Of a stretch of 57,646 nucleotides of DNA, positions 51,260 through 57,646 are shown piece by piece; position 1 is the first letter of the stretch; each line of letters starts with the position of its first letter. The notes under the pieces were generated by a model. That model was not told the origin of the DNA. It was given only the letters and a program-made list of their open reading frames with translations, and did no database searches. A program made the position numbers and the translations under genes. This DNA is from Octopus bimaculoides. Lineage: Eukaryota. The stretch spans positions 85,817,009 to 85,874,654 of the forward strand of contig NC_068990.1 of assembly GCF_001194135.2 (NCBI RefSeq), given 5' to 3'.

Positions 51260-51674
51260 CCGTAAATCCTCGAGTATAATCCGCCTTTTTTCCCCAAAAT
51301 TTAAAGGTCAAAATTTCTAGTGCGTACTATATACGAGGTTAAAAATGAAAAATATTTTCTAAGCAAAATTTTCTAAGTGATAAATATGTAAAGGCAATTT
51401 ACTTAATATTTATTTGTCACTGACGTTATTACTGTTATTTCTTTATTTTCTGCAAAGTGCACAAAAAAGCTACACGTTTGCATTATGTTATATATACAAT
51501 AAAGGACGTTACTGTATATACGTTTACAAACCAAGGACGTTATATAGACCTCCTTGACTCAAGTTAGAGAAGGGGTGCGTATTATACACAAGGTTTAGGT
51601 TTTTCAGAGGTACAGTCTCCTAAAAATCCCCTGCGTATTATACTCAAGGGCGGACTATACTCGAGGATTTACGG
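51260..51674. mobile_element. MITE of the Tc1/mariner/pogo superfamily (415 bp)
   Basis: 26-bp TIRs with one mismatch (ccgtaaatcctcgagtataatccgcc), TA on both sides, subterminal tgcgta(t/c)tata repeats. Confidence 0.9.
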
Positions 51675-52376
51675 TATATAGATATGTGTGTGGTGGGGTA
51701 CAATTTTGTGTATGTATATATGTATATATGTATATGTGTGTGTGTATGCATGTATGCGTGCATGTATGTATATATGTACGTATTTATGTATGTGTGTGTG
51801 TATGTATGTACGTCTGCATGTATGTTCTCTTCTATTTTTTTAATTATTTGAACTCCTTCTGTAGAGAAGGATCTGGTTTCTGACGAAAATACAAAGCTGC
51901 ACCGTTGGAACGGAGATAACAAAATTACTGTTACATTTTGGACTTGAGAAAAATGTTGCATATTATGTATCTGCGCATACATGTATTTATGTATGCATGC
52001 ATGTGTATGTATGAATGTATGTCTACCTGTATGTATGCTTCAATAATACTTCCTAATAGGTTGTAAATAAACTAAATCGAATAAAACTCAATTTCCAGTC
52101 AATAATTATTCCAATATTACGATCGAAAATCTTCCAATCAACTTTCGTCTTCCTTCCCTTTTTTTCTTTTTTCTTTCTTCCCTTTTTTTCTTTTTTCTTT
52201 CTTCCCTTTTTTTCTTTTTTCTTTCTTTCTTTTTTCTTTTGTTCTTTTATTTCTTTTTCTTCTTAGCTGAGTAATTGTCGCTGTAGCTTGACAAATCCTC
52301 TAAACGACCGAAATGGCTGAGATTTAATTCACCGGAGGGACAGGGGAATAAAAATCTGAATCATATTTCGGAACAT

Positions 52377-52393
52377 TGCACAAGATGGCGCTG
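52377..52393 (+). promoter_or_regulatory. CTCF-like / YY1-like site TGCACAAGATGGCGCTG
   Basis: Fits CCASYAGRKGGCRS with two mismatches and contains CAAGATGGCG; motif only. Confidence 0.3.
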
Positions 52394-52476
52394 ATCAATA
52401 TTTGACAAGATGCGACGGTCCCAGGCTGGCATTCTTATACTGGTTTCAAATTTTGCCACAAGACCAACAATTTCAT

Positions 52477-52510
<34 letters not shown>

Positions 52511-52612
52511 GCATATTAAGTTTTATTAAACTTGACCAATATTTTACAAGCAATGAACAATTTTCATCAAAACAATGATATAATTTGTCGACTTGGAACT
52601 TATTGCGCCTAT

Positions 52613-52720
<108 letters not shown>

Positions 52721-53032
52721 AAAAAAGTGTAGGTGGCATACGAGTGGGTATATATTTATAAAAAAGAAGTTTGAAAACGCCAATATATAAAAAATGAATT
52801 TTAATTTAACATTTTTATCAGAGATATTTTTAACATGTTTCGGTTCTTGTAAAAACGAACCTTATCAAAAATACATATTTAAAAAAATGAAATTAAATGA
52901 AAAGTTCATAATTTTTCTTTACTGGTGTCAATAGTCCACGTGGGGGAAATTTTTGTTGGTTGTAATAGTAGTGACCGTGTTGGCAATGGTAAATGGCAGT
53001 GACCTCTGTCCGTGTCAGCAGCAGCAGTCAAT

Positions 53033-53147
53033 TGCTTTTCATCTTTTCAGGGTCGATGAAATAAGTACCAGTAGAGCACTGGCGTTGGTATAATCGACTT
53101 AACCCTCGCCTGAAATTGCTGGCCTTGTGCCAAAATTAGAAGCCAAT
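53033..53147 (+). mobile_element. SINE family B 3' half
   Basis: gggtcgatgaaataagtaccag...aaattgctggccttgtgccaaaattagaa. Confidence 0.7.
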
Positions 53148-53278
53148 AAATACATTATTTGTTTGTTTGCTTGTAAAGGCGTAATATGGCGGACACCTTT
53201 GGAAGTTTACTTCGCAGCCATGAGATTCCAGCTTCGTTTCTTCGGTTTGACCCAGCCCTTTTATATTATTTATTCAAT

Positions 53279-53422
53279 ATTACAGGTCTTTGTTAATAAG
53301 AATTACAAAGTTTCACACTTTTTTATTTACTTAGTTTCTCTGTCTGCGAAGTTTCTGGTGGGAAATCCCTTGTGTGTCTGTCTAACGTGTGAAATTTTGC
53401 AATTCTTATTAACAAATGTAAT
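53279..53422. repeat. Hairpin / short foldback, 30-bp arms (53289-53318, 53387-53416)
   Basis: Two mismatches; extends by attaca/tgtaat past a 4-nt bulge. Confidence 0.8.
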
Positions 53423-54559
53423 ACGTGTAATGGTTGCTAGATAATACCAAGAAAACCTCCAATTTCCTGTTTTGTTATATATNNNNNNNNNNNNNNNNNN
53501 NNNNNNNNNNNNNNNNNNNNNNNNNNNNNNNNNNNNNNNNNNNNNNNNNNNNNNNNNNNNNNNNNNNNNNNNNNNNNNNNNNNNNNNNNNNNNNNNNNNN
53601 NNNNNNNNNNNNNNNNNNNNNNNNNNNNNNNNNNNNNNNNNNNNNNNNNNNNNNNNNNNNNNNNNNNNNNNNNNNNNNNNNNNNNNNNNNNNNNNNNNNN
53701 NNNNNNNNNNNNNNNNNNNNNNNNNNNNNNNNNNNNNNNNNNNNNNNNNNNNNNNNNNNNNNNNNNNNNNNNNNNNNNNNNNNNNNNNNNNNNNNNNNNN
53801 NNNNNNNNNNNNNNNNNNNNNNNNNNNNNNNNNNNNNNNNNNNNNNNNNNNNNNNNNNNNNNNNNNNNNNNNNNNNNNNNNNNNNNNNNNNNNNNNNNNN
53901 NNNNNNNNNNNNNNNNNNNNNNNNNNNNNNNNNNNNNNNNNNNNNNNNNNNNNNNNNNNNNNNNNNNNNNNNNNNNNNNNNNNNNNNNNNNNNNNNNNNN
54001 NNNNNNNNNNNNNNNNNNNNNNNNNNNNNNNNNNNNNNNNNNNNNNNNNNNNNNNNNNNNNNNNNNNNNNNNNNNNNNNNNNNNNNNNNNCAGTCCCAAA
54101 ATTAGGACGAAAGCTACCGTGAATTAGCTCCAAGAAGCCATCGCCTCTAGCTAGCTATGTGACACACGAAACCTGTGTCCTTTATAACCTTCGAACAGGG
54201 GAGGTCAGCAGTGTCCCCCTGCTGGTTTGGCATCTGCAGACTAGTTTCAGGGTGTTGCCCCTTGTCAATGCAGAGCAGCCAAGCCCCAGCCAGGCGGCGC
54301 TGCTGATATATATATATGGGTGGGTGTATGTACAAAGAAAAGATTAACAGTGACTTCGATGTTTAGGCTCTCACTGTGAAATGTCATGAGTTTTATCAAA
54401 TGCCTACGAAATGATTCGACGTCCCCTACCGGGTTCCACTTCCGGTTGCTGTGGTTTCCGTTGTCCTTGTCGATCTCTAATCTTTCTTATGTTGCATTTA
54501 ACATCCTTGCAATTATTTAGACATGCGAACTCAGCAAAGGTTTCGTTACAACACTATCT

Positions 54560-55450
54560 CTTCTATATTTGAAAAATTGCCCTCTCTTTTGGATGAGGGG
54601 TTCCTGACCTTGTTTTTCGATACTACGTTCACGATTTCATTCAAGTCCCATGATGAATGCATACAGTTTTCTGTTACCATTTGGTAGTTTATCGTCCATG
54701 TCTCCTATTTGTATAATAAGGTAGATAAAATAACTGTTCGATATACTTTGTGCTTCATTTGATCCGATACGCTTTTATTGTTTTACAGTCGCTCTCTCTC
54801 TCAACCTTTCCAACACCGATCTGGTCTTGCTCGACCTCACCTTGTAATCTAGTTTGTCACCAGGCCAACCAGCTTTATTGATTGCACTGCCCAGATTGGT
54901 AAAGTGGTTTGTTTCTGTCAGCCTCTGCCCTTTGATATGATAACTCACGCTGTACCACTTGGCACGAGTCGAGAAGTGGTTGATTAAGAACGTCAGTCTT
55001 CAAGGATATTAAGTTTCAATCCGAATCTTGTCTGCACTGACAAAAGGATCCACCAAGTTCTACGTTCTCAACAAACGACAGTTCTCTCGCTAATGTATGC
55101 ATGGTTTTGTCTTTGTCTTTGCTATGAAGAACAATGCCTTGAACAGGATAACATCAGGTCTTACATCTCTGTACACCTTCTGTTGTTATGCGGTAAGTCT
55201 CCTCCAGCATCACTGCCAAAAGTACTGAGACTAATGTTGCTGTTATTACACATCCTTGTTTGACCCTTACTGAAACATCAAACTACGCGGAGCTGGTGTT
55301 CACTTGCGTGACGTGAACCTCATGCGAATAGACTTCTTCGGGTTTTTTAACTTTCTAATCTAAGAATCTGCTACGGATTCAACTCTTCCACTGTGTCAGT
55401 GTCTTCGTGAAACCGACGAAAACCGCGTTCAACGCTTTCCTCTTCTCTCC
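54560..55450 (-). mobile_element. RTE-clade LINE reverse transcriptase relic
   Basis: ALNAVFVGFTKT (cf. FVDLTKAFD), DVSVRVKQGCVITATL (cf. GVKQGCVLAPTL), HIKGQRLTETNHFTNLGSAIN (cf. FTYLGSTI), in the expected order with frameshifts. Confidence 0.75.
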
Positions 55451-56049
55451 TCATTTATCCTTGATCTATCGAAGGCATCATTACATACCCTTTATACTCC
55501 TCTTTTAAATCCACGTTGAGTAATTATGATTTTCTCATTCAGTCTGTTCAACTAACCTACTATCCAAGGCTCTCCAGCTGTGACTATCCCGTCTTGTTTT
55601 CAGAAATAAAGTATCTAGGATTACATTATACAATCTGCCATTCATTCTTTAGTTGCTATTTCTGGCAAGACGGGCGAATTTTCAGCGTACGTGACATAGT
55701 GTAAGATATGGCGAGGGGGATAACTTAACTACTATTTTTACCGGATCGAGCGAGTATTTAGATTTTCTCTCATTGGTTCGCATTAAATAGCTGTGTTCAG
55801 AGTCAAGGAAGTTTCTTACATCCACACTGCACTCTCATAATACAAAGACCGTTTAGGGAAGTGTTAATAAATTTATGCCAGTTTTTATGGACCAAATACA
55901 ATATGTCTGTTGCGAGAAGAGGTTACACGGTGACTTGCAAATTTGCAAATTGAGAATTGAAAAAATCTCGTCAAGCTTTGTGGCGTTCTTTGAAGACGTT
56001 TTTTCTTTGTATGTTTTGTTTATTGTTTTGTTTTTTTTTTCACTAACTT

Positions 56050-56172
56050 GCACTCGGTCAGTTAGGACGATTTGAGTTCCAGTTGATCCAATCAACGGAA
56101 CAGCCTGCTTGTGAAATTAACATGCAAGTGGCTGAGCACTCCACACACAAGCGTAACTCTTGAGGTAATTCT
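56050..56172 (+). mobile_element. Dispersed repeat family C fragment (probably SINE body)
   Basis: atcaacggaacagcctgcttgtgaaattaacatgcaagtggctgagcactccac; inverted homolog at 56960-57094. Confidence 0.7.
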
Positions 56173-56407
56173 CTGCGGCGGCGGTAGCAGCGGTGGCGTT
56201 GACGTTTAGCGCCAAATTATCACTGATGATCGATCAAATTCTATGAGAGTCATTCCAGCCACCGCCGTACAATCTTTATTCTGACAAAGTGTCTTTCTTT
56301 TGTCTGTTTTTTTTTAAATACCAGTAGGGTCTTATAAAGTAAAACAAATTTACATTAAGGGTTACTTAAGGGTCTCACTTATACCCATCCTACAGCGTCG
56401 ATAAATA

Positions 56408-56552
56408 ATTTCTTGTATTGGCACAAGACATGCAATTTGAGTGGCGGGTAAGATAACGAATACATTTACCCTAGTACTTGAGCTGTAGTTTATTGCATCG
56501 ACCTCAAAAGGATAATGAATGGCAAAGGTGACCTTAGCGGGATTTGAATTCA
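56408..56552 (-). mobile_element. Degraded SINE family B
   Basis: atcgacctcaaaaggat...ggcaaaggtgaccttagcgggatttgaa. Confidence 0.55.
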
Positions 56553-56959
56553 TTTCATAAACAGCCAGAAAGCTACAGTGAATGTTTACTGCGTAAGTAG
56601 TTTCTGCCGCTGAACAGGAAGCTTTACTGCGGGAAATGCTGTTTCGGCTGTTATATAGGTGCGTGGTTACTAAGAAATATCACCAGATTATGACGTCTAG
56701 GTCCTGGAAAATTAGAAGGAAATTCATTACTGTGTTGTATTGCGTCATGGTCCACTAAACATGCCATAGCAATGACATACGCTCTTCAGGTGTAGGATTA
56801 CAAGAACGAATATAAAGAACGGGTTTAGATTAGATTTTTATTTTAATTATAAAACATTCCGATCATGACGGTAAGGGGCATTGAGATATTTAAGTGCAAT
56901 ACAATGCGGATCAGATTTAATATGAACAATATGATTCATTGTTAAAATATTTTTGACAG

Positions 56960-57094
56960 CTGAATCACCCCGAGAACTACGTTAAGGGTACACGTGTCTG
57001 TGGAGTGCTCAGTCACTTGCACGTTAATTTCACGAGCAAGCTGTTCCGTTGATCGTATCAGCTGGGACCCTCGTCGACGTAACCGACGGAGTGC
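56960..57094 (-). mobile_element. Dispersed repeat family C fragment
   Basis: Reverse complement aligns to 56050-56172. Confidence 0.7.
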
Positions 57095-57614
57095 TCCTAT
57101 CCTTTATATCAAGTATCTGAAGTTAACTCCTTCCGTATATTATTTCCTTAAACAGAATTAACGTATTATTTCTGTAAAAAATACCTCGCTAATTTTGATG
57201 TAGACTGCGAGGTAGATATGTGTCTTGTTAACCAATACATGTGCGTGTGTGCACGTGTCTGTTTAGTGTGTAGGTGTACTTGGAGCCTACCAGCCTAAAT
57301 CACAGTCAACAGCGAGAGGGGGAGCTGCCAAAATTTACTAGACTGACAACTTGATCTCGATACGCAACACAGATTCCAAGTTTTTAGTAATGTATTATGT
57401 GAATTAAAGCATATCTTGTCATGCTGCGGAGATTGTTTAAAGGAACGCAGGAAGATCAGTGACTGAACTATCGCAATTCCAAATATCTTTGGAATATCCA
57501 TGGGCACAATGTTCCCAAATCCTGTGTTGTATTTTCTCTTTCCCTTCTTTTCTTCCCTCTCTCTATCACCCTCCTCTCTCTCTCCCTCTCCCTCTCTCAT
57601 TTTGGCGTATATTC

Positions 57615-57646
<32 letters not shown>

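Noticed and set aside
53186-53296. Short ORF MADTFGSLLRSHE... in a good start context
   Set aside because: 36 codons, no convincing donor, no recognised homolog.
57295-57600. TGFGNIVP...KIF resembling a K2P channel pore, with AG at the conserved intron position
   Set aside because: Upstream is purine-rich GA repeat rather than an acceptor tract, P-to-K spacing is one residue short and the following helix does not match; a blastx would settle it.

Overview
AT-rich eukaryotic non-coding DNA with 19 assembly gaps (about 9 kb of N), most flanked by (TA)n. The repeat content suggests a coleoid cephalopod, probably Octopus (inference from recognised repeat motifs, not a search). I find no complete protein-coding gene: almost every ORF in the track is translated microsatellite or N. 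The supportable content is: two abundant tRNA-derived SINE families, fragments of Penelope-like elements (PLE; RT and GIY-YIG), R4/Dong-like, CR1-like and RTE-like LINE relics, three TA-flanked Tc1/mariner derivatives, many micro/minisatellites, a few orphan exon candidates and promoter-like motif clusters. Highlights: (1) minimal hammerhead-ribozyme (HHR) folds in dispersed repeats, the best at 615-651; (2) a tRNA-headed SINE (47442-47710, minus) whose 3' part carries a hammerhead fold and has a PLE-style inverted end duplication, a candidate Pol III ribozyme-bearing non-autonomous retroelement; (3) several inverted-repeat pairs that could form dsRNA; (4) a probable gap-filling misassembly at 18.6-20.2 kb. 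All family assignments are by eye and need database confirmation.
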